IMG/VR virus record: IMGVR_UViG_3300045988_158809
Direction: 5' to 3' (one strand)
Source of the DNA: a virus
DNA length: 64,000 nt
Part shown: piece after piece, positions 29,584 through 37,688 of the stretch
How positions within the stretch are numbered: position 1 is the first letter of the stretch
How the letters are laid out: each line of letters starts with the position of its first letter
The notes under the pieces: model-generated
Databases searched by the model: none
The model's input: the letters and a program-made list of their open reading frames with translations, nothing else
What the model was told of the DNA's origin: nothing
Made by a program: the position numbers and the translations under genes

Positions 29584-29612
29584 TGTTTAATTTCATAAAA
29601 TGCCAAACCCTT

Positions 29613-29855
29613 ATGAAAACAAAAATTTTTAACGGCCTTATAGTATTGGCCAGTCTTTACGTACTTAGTTACGTTGTTAACCTTATTTTTGTAGCAGCTA
29701 ATTTGTCGGCCTTGTTCATCGGCCGCACTCCTTCACTCTCATTTGCTTCCCAACTGAATTTTGCCGCGTGGGGTTTTCCTCTTGCATTGGCTATCACTGG
29801 AGCGGTGTTCCTGATGGATGCCGGGTATATCTCATTCAATTCTTCAAAGAAATAA
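29613..29855 (+). CDS. small membrane protein
   Basis: ATG at 29613 (MKTKIFNGL...). Two or three hydrophobic helices. Confidence 0.5.
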   Translation: MKTKIFNGLIVLASLYVLSYVVNLIFVAANLSALFIGRTPSLSFASQLNFAAWGFPLALAITGAVFLMDAGYISFNSSKK

Positions 29856-29879
29856 GTTTAATTTTTAATTGTATAAGCT

Positions 29880-30179
29880 ATGGTAATTAATATAAACTAT
29901 CATTATTTTTCAAATTACAGCGGTAAAAGTGATCTTGAAAAATTAGGTAACTATCAAGTAGGAGAGATAATAACAGATTGGGAAGGTGATACAGGATGTA
30001 TCTTAATGATAATGAAAGACGGAAGTATAAGAACAGATTCTAACGGAATAGGTGATATTAGTAAGATTAAGAAGGTTAGAAGTAAAAAAAAGATATTGGA
30101 ATACTTGCAAATCCTTCATAAATCCGATATGAATTTTATGTTGGAAAGACAAAAAAGAGAGCTTGGAATGATTGGATAA
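29880..30179 (+). CDS. hypothetical protein
   Basis: 99-aa ORF. Confidence 0.5.
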   Translation: MVININYHYFSNYSGKSDLEKLGNYQVGEIITDWEGDTGCILMIMKDGSIRTDSNGIGDISKIKKVRSKKKILEYLQILHKSDMNFMLERQKRELGMIG

Positions 30180-30198
30180 ATAATTAATACTTACTATC

Positions 30199-30570
30199 AT
30201 GAGAACAAATATAAGAACCACCGCCGAAAGTAACGCAGTTGTAAACCACTTTTTTCCTATTCATTGCATTGTAGTGAACCACGCAGCGCCCGCAGCCGTA
30301 CAGGATGACGAACAGGCATTACTTTACGTATGGCGTGAGATAATGTGCGCCGGCCATCATTGGAACATTGATTTTCTTAACACCCCGCAGGGAAATGTGT
30401 ACAGCCTTAACCCGTGTTTGCTGCATCATTATTTTGATAACAGCTTTATCAGCTTTGAGGAGCTGAAGAAATCGGCCTACGTGGACGAATACCAGAATAT
30501 AACAGCTTTTCCGGACACAGGAAAGAATCTTGTTAATATGGTTAATCTTTGCAGTGTTTATCCTGCTTAA
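30199..30570 (+). CDS. hypothetical protein
   Basis: 123-aa ORF. Confidence 0.5.
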   Translation: MRTNIRTTAESNAVVNHFFPIHCIVVNHAAPAAVQDDEQALLYVWREIMCAGHHWNIDFLNTPQGNVYSLNPCLLHHYFDNSFISFEELKKSAYVDEYQNITAFPDTGKNLVNMVNLCSVYPA

Positions 30571-30629
30571 TTCTTCACACTATAAATCTATATCTAACTA
30601 TTTTTCCCAACTTTTTAATACTTACTATT

Positions 30630-32390
30630 ATGACTTATTTCCAGAATATAACCAGCCTTTCAGAATTGAAAAAACAATACCGTGAACTTGTAAAGAACAA
30701 CCACCCGGATAAGGGTGGCGATATAGCCGTAATGCAGGATATTAACAACGAGTTTGAGCAGTTGTACAACATTTGGAAAGACAGAAAAGAAACTGAAGAT
30801 AATACAGGCTACGCCAACGACTACGAAGGTGCAACCGCTAAGCAGTACACGCAACACGTTTACGAGGAGTACGGCTGGACCGGCTCACGCCGTGACCGTT
30901 CGTACACACGTAAGGAACTGAAAGTAATTTTCGCTAAGTGGTTAAAAGAAACTTATAAGGGCTGTACATTCTCTATCAGTCTGAGCGGATATAATAGTAT
31001 TTGCGTGCGGCTTCTCAAAGCTGATTTTAACCCGTTCAAGGGCGATGTGAAATTAAAATATAGCTTTTCGCGCTACAGTATAACCGATGATCCGGAACTG
31101 AATGACCGAGCAAAAGAGATGTTTAATAACATAGAATCTTATCTCATGTCATACAATTATGACCACTCAGATTTAATGACCGATTATTACGATGTAGGTT
31201 TTTATTTTGACATGGAAATAGGAAGCGGTAAAACTCCGTTCAAAGTAGAGATACCGAAAAACCGCCGCGCGTCTGGGGCTTGTTCCGCTGAATTCAAGTA
31301 CAAGGAAGGGCCGGCACATCAGGCAATTAAAAAAGCGTTAGGCAAACAATACTTTGCCGATGTTGTAAATTATGGGTTAGTATTAGGTTCTGATTATATC
31401 TATAATGATAGCGTATTTTTTAGCGCAAATAATTATTCAGCGCCAAAAACTATGCGTAAAAAAATGGATAAACTTTTATCCGTTGGAATAGTTACAAAAG
31501 CTAAATACGGTTGTATTGTGTTCGTAGGTTATACTCCAGAAGTAGAAAAATCTTTAGCCGATGAAGACCGCGCAAAAGAAGAAGCGTATAAAAGATGGAA
31601 AGAAGAACAGGCCAAAGGAACAGCCGGAAAGTCTCACAAAGAAAATATATCCTATGGAGACGGAGAAAAATCACTGTTTTCTGACGGACAGGGAAGCGAA
31701 AAAATCGGCGAATTTGAACTTGTAAACTATTCGGAAAAAGCGTTTGCCGTTGTCGGCGACACACGCGAAATAAAGGATCTTTTAAAGGAAAACGGAGGCC
31801 GTTTTAATCCGGCGTTAACAGTTAACGGCGTGAAGTGTGCCGGCTGGATATTCAGCAAAAAGAGCCTTCAGGCCGTACGTCTGGCCCTGATAGGTTATAC
31901 TGTCCAGGATATAACAGTAGATCAGGAACAGCCGGAACAGGAACAGGCGCAAACGATTGAGCCGGACAAAGAAAATACATCCTATGGAGACGGAGAAAAA
32001 TCACTGATTTTTTTCAATGCTTTTGTATCTTTTTGGGATGCCGTTCAGGAAGTAATGAAAGAACAGCCGGAAGAAGAAAAACAGCCGGAGCCGGAAGATA
32101 TTGCAAAAGTGCTGGAAGTATTCCCGGCTTTACTAGATGCCGTTTGTGAAATAATGAAAGCGGAGCCAGGCAAGGAGCCACGGAACAAGGAACGCGAACA
32201 GGGTACCAATGAAATATATAATTCCGTTTGCTCCTCCGCTATTCTTTCGGGTGATTATATCAAGGCACGCCAGGAAATAAAACAGGCTATAAGGCAATAC
32301 CGTTTTACGTTGCCACAGCTCAAATATTTGATTTATATCCTGAATACTCACCCCGGCATAAAAAGGGAAAGCCACAGAAAGGCGGCATAA
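30630..32390 (+). CDS. J-domain (DnaJ-like) protein, apparently built from three modules
   Basis: N-terminal 'LSELKKQYRELVKNNHPDKGGD' carries the HPD motif. ATG at 30630. The ORF reads through two internal copies of the intergenic repeat. Confidence 0.7.
   Translation: MTYFQNITSLSELKKQYRELVKNNHPDKGGDIAVMQDINNEFEQLYNIWKDRKETEDNTGYANDYEGATAKQYTQHVYEEYGWTGSRRDRSYTRKELKVIFAKWLKETYKGCTFSISLSGYNSICVRLLKADFNPFKGDVKLKYSFSRYSITDDPELNDRAKEMFNNIESYLMSYNYDHSDLMTDYYDVGFYFDMEIGSGKTPFKVEIPKNRRASGACSAEFKYKEGPAHQAIKKALGKQYFADVVNYGLVLGSDYIYNDSVFFSANNYSAPKTMRKKMDKLLSVGIVTKAKYGCIVFVGYTPEVEKSLADEDRAKEEAYKRWKEEQAKGTAGKSHKENISYGDGEKSLFSDGQGSEKIGEFELVNYSEKAFAVVGDTREIKDLLKENGGRFNPALTVNGVKCAGWIFSKKSLQAVRLALIGYTVQDITVDQEQPEQEQAQTIEPDKENTSYGDGEKSLIFFNAFVSFWDAVQEVMKEQPEEEKQPEPEDIAKVLEVFPALLDAVCEIMKAEPGKEPRNKEREQGTNEIYNSVCSSAILSGDYIKARQEIKQAIRQYRFTLPQLKYLIYILNTHPGIKRESHRKAA
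31651..31680 (+). repeat. gene-end repeat copy inside the J-domain ORF
   Basis: CCTATGGAGACGGAGAAAAATCACTGTTTT, translated as SYGDGEKSLF. Confidence 0.8.
31981..32014 (+). repeat. gene-end repeat copy inside the J-domain ORF
   Basis: CCTATGGAGACGGAGAAAAATCACTGATTTTTTT. The 41 nt at 31966-32006 match 31636-31676 with one mismatch. Confidence 0.8.
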
Positions 32391-32427
32391 GCCGCCAGGC
32401 CTTGCGCCGGAGCGGTTTATATTCGAG

Positions 32428-32461
32428 CCTATGGACTCCGACAGAAATCACTGATTTTTTT
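32428..32461 (+). repeat. gene-end repeat copy
   Basis: CCTATGGACTCCGACAGAAATCACTGATTTTTTT. Confidence 0.85.
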
Positions 32462-32499
32462 ACTTTATATTGAATCAATAAAAAAACATACACTACATT

Positions 32500-32691
32500 A
32501 TGAAAACAAAAAGAATGACAAAAGAAGAAGGCCAACGTTGCAATATTAGCAGATTCCCAAATTTTCATAAATCCGGAAGTATAAAAGGCATGAAACGTTT
32601 GTACTATGGCAAAAATGCGCTTTTGGTACGTTGTGGCGATTATATATACAATGTCACATCAGAACCGGAAATATATCAGGCTGCCAGATAA
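32500..32691 (+). CDS. hypothetical small protein
   Basis: 63-aa ORF flanked by repeat copies. Confidence 0.45.
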   Translation: MKTKRMTKEEGQRCNISRFPNFHKSGSIKGMKRLYYGKNALLVRCGDYIYNVTSEPEIYQAAR

Positions 32692-32694
32692 CAG

Positions 32695-32728
32695 CCTATG
32701 GAATCCGACAGAAATCACTGATTTTTTT
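32695..32728 (+). repeat. gene-end repeat copy
   Basis: CCTATGGAATCCGACAGAAATCACTGATTTTTTT. Confidence 0.85.
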
Positions 32729-32747
32729 AACTTAAAATATTAAAACT

Positions 32748-33176
32748 ATGTTTCAGAATATCAAACCTATATCAGAAAAGTCTTATAAAGTTTTTTCATA
32801 CCTGGCAGATGCAGCCAGAAACAGCAAAAACCATGCTATAAAAATAAAAAACTCAGAAACATATACCCCCGTTACAGTGGAAATAATTTTTTCTACTCCG
32901 GAGTATGAACACGTATCTATATGTCATTACGGCGAAATGAACGGCGATCTTATGGCCGATCCTGAAATGGTTTTCTTCCATGATAAAAAAGAAAATGTGG
33001 CTTATCCAGGTTATTACCTGAACCATTATGCCGGTATAGAACAAACATCTTTGCAATATGATGATTATGGTAAGCCGGTAGGCGTTAGAAGGGCTATGCA
33101 GCGCGGTCAGGCCGATTTTGCAAACATGTGGATGAAAAATATCGACGAACAGCAAGCTTTGGCCCTTATAGGATAA
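32748..33176 (+). CDS. hypothetical protein (resembles a domain seen on conjugative elements)
   Basis: 142 aa. 'HVSICHYGEMNGDLMADPEMVFF' recalls the DUF6908-type motif. Assigned from memory only. Confidence 0.4.
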   Translation: MFQNIKPISEKSYKVFSYLADAARNSKNHAIKIKNSETYTPVTVEIIFSTPEYEHVSICHYGEMNGDLMADPEMVFFHDKKENVAYPGYYLNHYAGIEQTSLQYDDYGKPVGVRRAMQRGQADFANMWMKNIDEQQALALIG

Positions 33177-33180
33177 TAAA

Positions 33181-33238
33181 CCTATGGCCCCATGGAAAAA
33201 TCACTCTATGGGGCTTGACAGAAATCACTGATTTTTTT
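33181..33238 (+). repeat. gene-end repeat, tandem doublet
   Basis: CCTATGGCCCCATGGAAAAATCACT followed by CTATGGGGCTTGACAGAAATCACTGATTTTTTT. Confidence 0.85.
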
Positions 33239-33252
33239 CTAACTTTGCAAAC

Positions 33253-33555
33253 ATGAATAAAGACTTTTACATATCGACAGAAAAAGGCGTTGAATGCGTT
33301 GTTCAATCTGCTTCCCCTCAGTACATCTTCCAGATTATCCGCACGACGGACGACGCGAAGTTCCGCGCTCTTATGGAAGACTCCACACAGTTATGCCTGC
33401 AGGTGCATCCAGATCATAACATTGCCATCCGGACGGCAGGTAATAAGGTGTATATAGCCATGACATCCGCCAACGTGGAACTTATATATAAAGAGCTTCA
33501 GGAAGTCAAGAGACAGGCTGCTGAATGGCTGTGTGAATACTACGGCATTAAATAG
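33253..33555 (+). CDS. hypothetical protein
   Basis: 100-aa ORF. TAACTTTG lies 5 nt before the ATG, so the mRNA may be leaderless. Confidence 0.5.
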   Translation: MNKDFYISTEKGVECVVQSASPQYIFQIIRTTDDAKFRALMEDSTQLCLQVHPDHNIAIRTAGNKVYIAMTSANVELIYKELQEVKRQAAEWLCEYYGIK

Positions 33556-33587
33556 TAGAATATTTTTAAAAATAATTGTAGTTTTAT

Positions 33588-33618
33588 TTTGCTGCATCAA
33601 AATAAAACCTTATCTTTG
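33588..33618 (+). promoter_or_regulatory. Bacteroides-type promoter (copy 1 of a duplicated promoter-leader)
   Basis: TTTG, 19 nt, TATCTTTG. The surrounding ~50 nt is nearly identical to 34302-34353. Confidence 0.65.
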
Positions 33619-33680
33619 TCACAGAATTAAGAAACAAACCATTAAAAGTGGGGGCAACACTATAAACACCGCGGAAAATC

Positions 33681-34271
33681 ATGAAAAATCAAGTAGTCAT
33701 TACCGTATTCACAAAAAAAGCTGAATACGAGCATCCGGAAGAATACAGAAGTTATGCAGGTGATACCGTATATCAGTGTATGGAAGACATATACTACGAT
33801 TATGAAATTGTAATGAAGTACGGTGTCTCAGCGTCCGACATTGCAGACCGTACGGAAATACTGGTAGAAAATACCGGCGATGCTTTCCGATATAATCCTC
33901 AAACCTGGGAGCACATCGAAAACATGAATCTCGATCCACAGCTCCCTCTGCTTCCCCTTATGAAGAAATCTTTTCTTCCCGCTCTGTTCCTGAGCAACAA
34001 CACAGACCGCCCGGAAGAAGAACAACGCCCGCGCCGTCTGAAGGGTTTTACCTTCGCCATTACCGGTACTTTGAGTACAAAGAGAAAGAACGCCGTGGCT
34101 TATATCCTGGCCAACGGCGGCGATTATCTGCCGCGTGTGACAAAGAATGTAGATTTCCTGATAGTTGGAGAGGATGCCGGCGACACGAAGACAGAACTTT
34201 GTGAGCGTTATGGAATACGGGAAATTTCCGAGTGTGATCTTAGAACTATGGCAGAAGGTAAGGCCGCATAA
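33681..34271 (+). CDS. BRCT-domain protein
   Basis: The C-terminal 'LKGFTFAITGTLSTKRKNAVAYILANGGDYLPRVTKNVDFLIVGEDAGDTKTELCERYGI' matches the LigA-type BRCT pattern. Confidence 0.6.
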   Translation: MKNQVVITVFTKKAEYEHPEEYRSYAGDTVYQCMEDIYYDYEIVMKYGVSASDIADRTEILVENTGDAFRYNPQTWEHIENMNLDPQLPLLPLMKKSFLPALFLSNNTDRPEEEQRPRRLKGFTFAITGTLSTKRKNAVAYILANGGDYLPRVTKNVDFLIVGEDAGDTKTELCERYGIREISECDLRTMAEGKAA

Positions 34272-34320
34272 TTTGATGATATAAAACATATTTTTCCATA
34301 TAAAATAATTGTGTTTTTAT

Positions 34321-34351
34321 TTTGCAAAAACAAAATAAAACCTTATCTTTG
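34321..34351 (+). promoter_or_regulatory. Bacteroides-type promoter (copy 2)
   Basis: TTTG (34321-34324), 19 nt, TATCTTTG (34344-34351). Confidence 0.65.
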
Positions 34352-34386
34352 TATCAGTGTTAAGGAACAAACATTATTTACTTTTT

Positions 34387-34413
34387 ACCGTGGTGGCAAC
34401 ACGTCAATTCAGC
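34387..34413 (+). repeat. 27-nt leader repeat ACCGTGGTGGCAACACGTCAATTCAGC (copy a)
   Basis: Identical to 34725-34751. A related GTGGGGGCAACAC lies at 33648-33660. Confidence 0.8.
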
Positions 34414-34422
34414 ATTATTTAT

Positions 34423-34710
34423 ATGACTAAAAATCTCAACGTATGGTGTACATTATTTCATGAAAGTGAATGTAAAATTTACATACAAGATGAAGATGGT
34501 GAAACACTTTCTGAATATCTACATGTCCAAGGAAATCCAATTTCTGTAAAAGAAGTATATAAAAAAACAGGAGAGATAAAAGGTTCTTATAAAGGGATCT
34601 GTGAATCTGTGAAAGAGATTAAAGAAAGAGAAAAAGAGTTTATGAAAAGAAATAAAGAGGATTTTGCGCGATATTACGGTAGAAGAGAAGCGGATAAATA
34701 CTTTAAATAA
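34423..34710 (+). CDS. hypothetical protein
   Basis: ATG at 34423 (MTKNLNVW) is preferred. The upstream part of the ORF overlaps the conserved leader. Confidence 0.5.
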   Translation: MTKNLNVWCTLFHESECKIYIQDEDGETLSEYLHVQGNPISVKEVYKKTGEIKGSYKGICESVKEIKEREKEFMKRNKEDFARYYGRREADKYFK

Positions 34711-34724
34711 AATATTCATTTATA

Positions 34725-34751
34725 ACCGTGGTGGCAACACGTCAATTCAGC
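34725..34751 (+). repeat. 27-nt leader repeat (copy b)
   Basis: Exact copy of 34387-34413, lying 10 nt upstream of the ATG at 34761. Confidence 0.8.
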
Positions 34752-34760
34752 AGACACATT

Positions 34761-35270
34761 ATGTTACTTTACGTCGAAAAAAAATCTTCACAGGAACAAA
34801 TTTATCAGTTTGCAAAAGAAGTAGGTGCAAAATGGATTGTAGTCAATTCAGATCATTATAAGGGAAACAATAAAGGGTATTACCAGGATGTAGAATCTTT
34901 CCGTAGTTCAACGGTATTCCACTGGAATTTAAAACCGGAAGATCGCGGTGCCATTTCTGTATATGTTACGGATATTGATATACCGGCTGCAGTGTCTAAG
35001 AGGATAGAATTACAGCGGGAAATAGTCAGACTTGATTACGATTTTCAGTTATTTATGAAAAAGATTGAGACTGATTATCCTTTGCAGAAAATAGATAAAA
35101 GATGGGGAGTAAATAACCCTAAAAGGCTGGAAATTGAGGAACTTAGAGATAAACGTAGAGAGGCGATAAAGAATGCTTGTGAAGAGCATGACAAAAATGT
35201 AGCTCATATCAAGTCAGAAATGATTTCCACTAATTTCGTTTCTTCCACATTTATAGAATTATCCTTATAA
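34761..35270 (+). CDS. hypothetical protein
   Basis: ATG at 34761 (MLLYVEKK). Confidence 0.5.
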   Translation: MLLYVEKKSSQEQIYQFAKEVGAKWIVVNSDHYKGNNKGYYQDVESFRSSTVFHWNLKPEDRGAISVYVTDIDIPAAVSKRIELQREIVRLDYDFQLFMKKIETDYPLQKIDKRWGVNNPKRLEIEELRDKRREAIKNACEEHDKNVAHIKSEMISTNFVSSTFIELSL

Positions 35271-35281
35271 TTTTTTATAAG

Positions 35282-35312
35282 CCTATGTACTTTCAGAAAA
35301 ATCACTGTTTTT
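35282..35312 (+). repeat. gene-end repeat copy (variant)
   Basis: CCTATGTACTTTCAGAAAAATCACTGTTTTT. Confidence 0.75.
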
Positions 35313-35337
35313 ATTAAACTTCATAAAATCAATTATC

Positions 35338-35826
35338 ATGAAACGTATTGTAAACATATTAAATATTAATCAGGCTGTATGCCGTTCCAGAGAAGACAAT
35401 ACAATAGTATCTTCTCTGGAAGATGAAAAATTATCTATAGCATTTATCGAGTCTTATCTAAATGGTAATATATGGGGAGTGTATTATCAAGAAGATAACC
35501 TGGTATATGAAACAAAAGACGGTGATATTTATTTCATGTCAGAAGATTGTGTGAAACTATCAGACGACGAACAATTACTTTTTGATACCAGCGATTTCGG
35601 CTGGAAAGTAAATCCGCAAAACTGGGTGTATCTTATAGGTACTGATAGTGTTGAAAAATTGGATTTGGAAGAAAATTCGGCCGATTCTGATAGCGATGTA
35701 TGTTACTATCAGGGAGAGTCTGGAGCCATGGTGACTGAAAAAGATAGTGACGGGACTGAGAATCCACTAAAATCAGGATGGTATCCGTGCTCCAGTTACA
35801 ATGAATATGTTGAATCTTATAATTAA
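35338..35826 (+). CDS. hypothetical acidic protein, paralogue of 29003-29290
   Basis: C-terminal 'CYYQGESGAMVTEKDSDGTENPLKSGWYPCSSYNEYVESY'. Confidence 0.55.
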   Translation: MKRIVNILNINQAVCRSREDNTIVSSLEDEKLSIAFIESYLNGNIWGVYYQEDNLVYETKDGDIYFMSEDCVKLSDDEQLLFDTSDFGWKVNPQNWVYLIGTDSVEKLDLEENSADSDSDVCYYQGESGAMVTEKDSDGTENPLKSGWYPCSSYNEYVESYN

Positions 35827-35835
35827 TTTGCTACA

Positions 35836-36273
35836 ATGAAAAAATTCAAAATATCACAAGACCAGATACATTATCAGGACGATAAAGTATTATTATCATT
35901 TGCAGTTGACAAAGGTGTACCGGGATATAATTCGCGTGAAAACAAGTTTTCTGAGCCGTTTGTGGCCGATATAGATGGCCGCATGTATCTTATACGGCCC
36001 GAAAATGTAACATCGTCCTCAGACGGTAAATTCTTCCTTATGGAAGCCGTAATGCCCGACCGCACCATGAACGACGCGGAAATCATTGGATGGAAACTGA
36101 AATGCGCCCGCCAGGACGCCGGGATTACATGCGATGAACTGGCCGATCGTGCCGGCGTGCGGCGTAACACAGTTGAACTCATTGAAAAAGGTTGTTTCAA
36201 CGCGAAAATCAATCTCATTTGCAGCCTGGCAGAAGCTATGGGAATGGAAGTAACACTCACCCCTATGGAGTGA
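35836..36273 (+). CDS. protein with a C-terminal XRE-type HTH
   Basis: 'IIGWKLKCARQDAGITCDELADRAGVRRNTVELIEKGCFNAKINLICSLAEAMG'. Confidence 0.65.
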   Translation: MKKFKISQDQIHYQDDKVLLSFAVDKGVPGYNSRENKFSEPFVADIDGRMYLIRPENVTSSSDGKFFLMEAVMPDRTMNDAEIIGWKLKCARQDAGITCDELADRAGVRRNTVELIEKGCFNAKINLICSLAEAMGMEVTLTPME

Positions 36274-36315
36274 CGGAAAAATCACTCTATGGCACCTCAG
36301 AAAAATCACTGTTTT
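36262..36315 (+). repeat. gene-end repeat, tandem doublet overlapping the stop codon
   Basis: CCTATGGAGTGACGGAAAAATCACT followed by CTATGGCACCTCAGAAAAATCACTGTTTT. Confidence 0.8.
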
Positions 36316-36597
36316 ATCGTCTAAATGTAAATAAACAAACGTAAGGCATACGGAAAAAACTGTATTAAATGGGTATTAAATATAAATTAAAAGCGCGACG
36401 GAGTACGCCGCGCTAGGATACTAAAAGTGTGAAGCAATTCACAAATGAAAACCTACTGATAGTAGATTTTCGTTTTAATCCACAAGGGAAAATCCCTTGA
36501 CGGCACAAAGATAGTATTTATCTTATATCCAAAAAATATTCATCATAATTTCTATACCTGTTTTATGAACTGAATTATTATTTTAAAAGAAAAATCA

Positions 36598-37263
36598 ATG
36601 AAAACACAAATAGAGAAACTTAGACAACTTTCAGATAAAAAGAAAGGTGTAGTAATGAATCAATATGTAGATGATTTATTACGCAATGGAAAAGCATATA
36701 CTGTACGGAGCCGGTATAGTGGACGTTACTACCATAAAAAGAGTTATACTGAAGAACTGGATAAACTTCTTACAGAGCATGGCATAAGCCATGAAATAGG
36801 AAACGACGCCCCTCGCGGTGGAATGAATGGTGAGTTTGTATCACTTAAAGGTACTGTGTTAAAGTATGTATTAGACCGCAAAAAGGAAAGAGAGGAATTC
36901 TGGAAAGCAGAACAAGATGGCAAGGATAAACAAAGGAAATTGGCTTATGAAAGATATAAACAGGAATGCGAAAAAACTTATAAGTTCTGCGTGGAGAATA
37001 ATATAGAAATTGATTTTTCTTACTTTACTGAAAAAGATAATGAAAGGTTTTTCCATCTTGATTATGACGATATAAAGAAGGAAAAATTAGGATATAAAAT
37101 ATCTATTCCTAAACGCTTTTACGGTATAGCATCGAGGTCTTCAGGTGTACATTCGAATGAAGGATTTCGTAGATACGTTAAAGAAAAACTGTTGTCTTCG
37201 GGTTTATCGCATGAAGGGTGCAAGATTACTAAAGTTTACGACTGTGGCGTTGGCGATGGTTAA
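36598..37263 (+). CDS. hypothetical protein
   Basis: 221-aa ORF. Confidence 0.55.
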   Translation: MKTQIEKLRQLSDKKKGVVMNQYVDDLLRNGKAYTVRSRYSGRYYHKKSYTEELDKLLTEHGISHEIGNDAPRGGMNGEFVSLKGTVLKYVLDRKKEREEFWKAEQDGKDKQRKLAYERYKQECEKTYKFCVENNIEIDFSYFTEKDNERFFHLDYDDIKKEKLGYKISIPKRFYGIASRSSGVHSNEGFRRYVKEKLLSSGLSHEGCKITKVYDCGVGDG

Positions 37264-37272
37264 TTTATACCA

Positions 37273-37309
37273 CCTATGGAGTTTCAGAAATATCACTGTT
37301 TTGTTTTTT
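37273..37309 (+). repeat. gene-end repeat copy (variant)
   Basis: CCTATGGAGTTTCAGAAATATCACTGTTTTGTTTTTT. Confidence 0.75.
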
Positions 37310-37322
37310 AATTATACTATTT

Positions 37323-37616
37323 ATGGACGAAAGATTTATAATTACACGATTTACTGACGATACAAACCGCTGGGCGTTGGAAGACACTGAGTTTGGAGTG
37401 TTGTATGAATATGTTGGCGCAGACCTTAACCCTGTAAATATCCTTACAGAAAAGAAAGGATTTTTCGACGGCAAGAAAGGACATCAGCGGATGGTTAATT
37501 TAGGAGTGGACGCTATCCAGTTCATCATAAAGAATCATGAGAAGATTTTCAGACTGGCCGAAATAGAAGAAGATGATATTGATGAATATCCGCAAATGGC
37601 GACAGAACTGAACTGA
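37323..37616 (+). CDS. hypothetical protein
   Basis: 97-aa ORF. Confidence 0.5.
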   Translation: MDERFIITRFTDDTNRWALEDTEFGVLYEYVGADLNPVNILTEKKGFFDGKKGHQRMVNLGVDAIQFIIKNHEKIFRLAEIEEDDIDEYPQMATELN

Positions 37617-37656
37617 GTTATCCCGAATAAATCCGTTTCTCTTTATTATATTCAAC

Positions 37657-37688
37657 CCTATGGACCTATAAAAATATCACTGTTTTTT
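37657..37688 (+). repeat. gene-end repeat copy abutting the next ATG
   Basis: CCTATGGACCTATAAAAATATCACTGTTTTTT. The T-run ends at 37688 and the ATG is at 37689. Confidence 0.75.
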
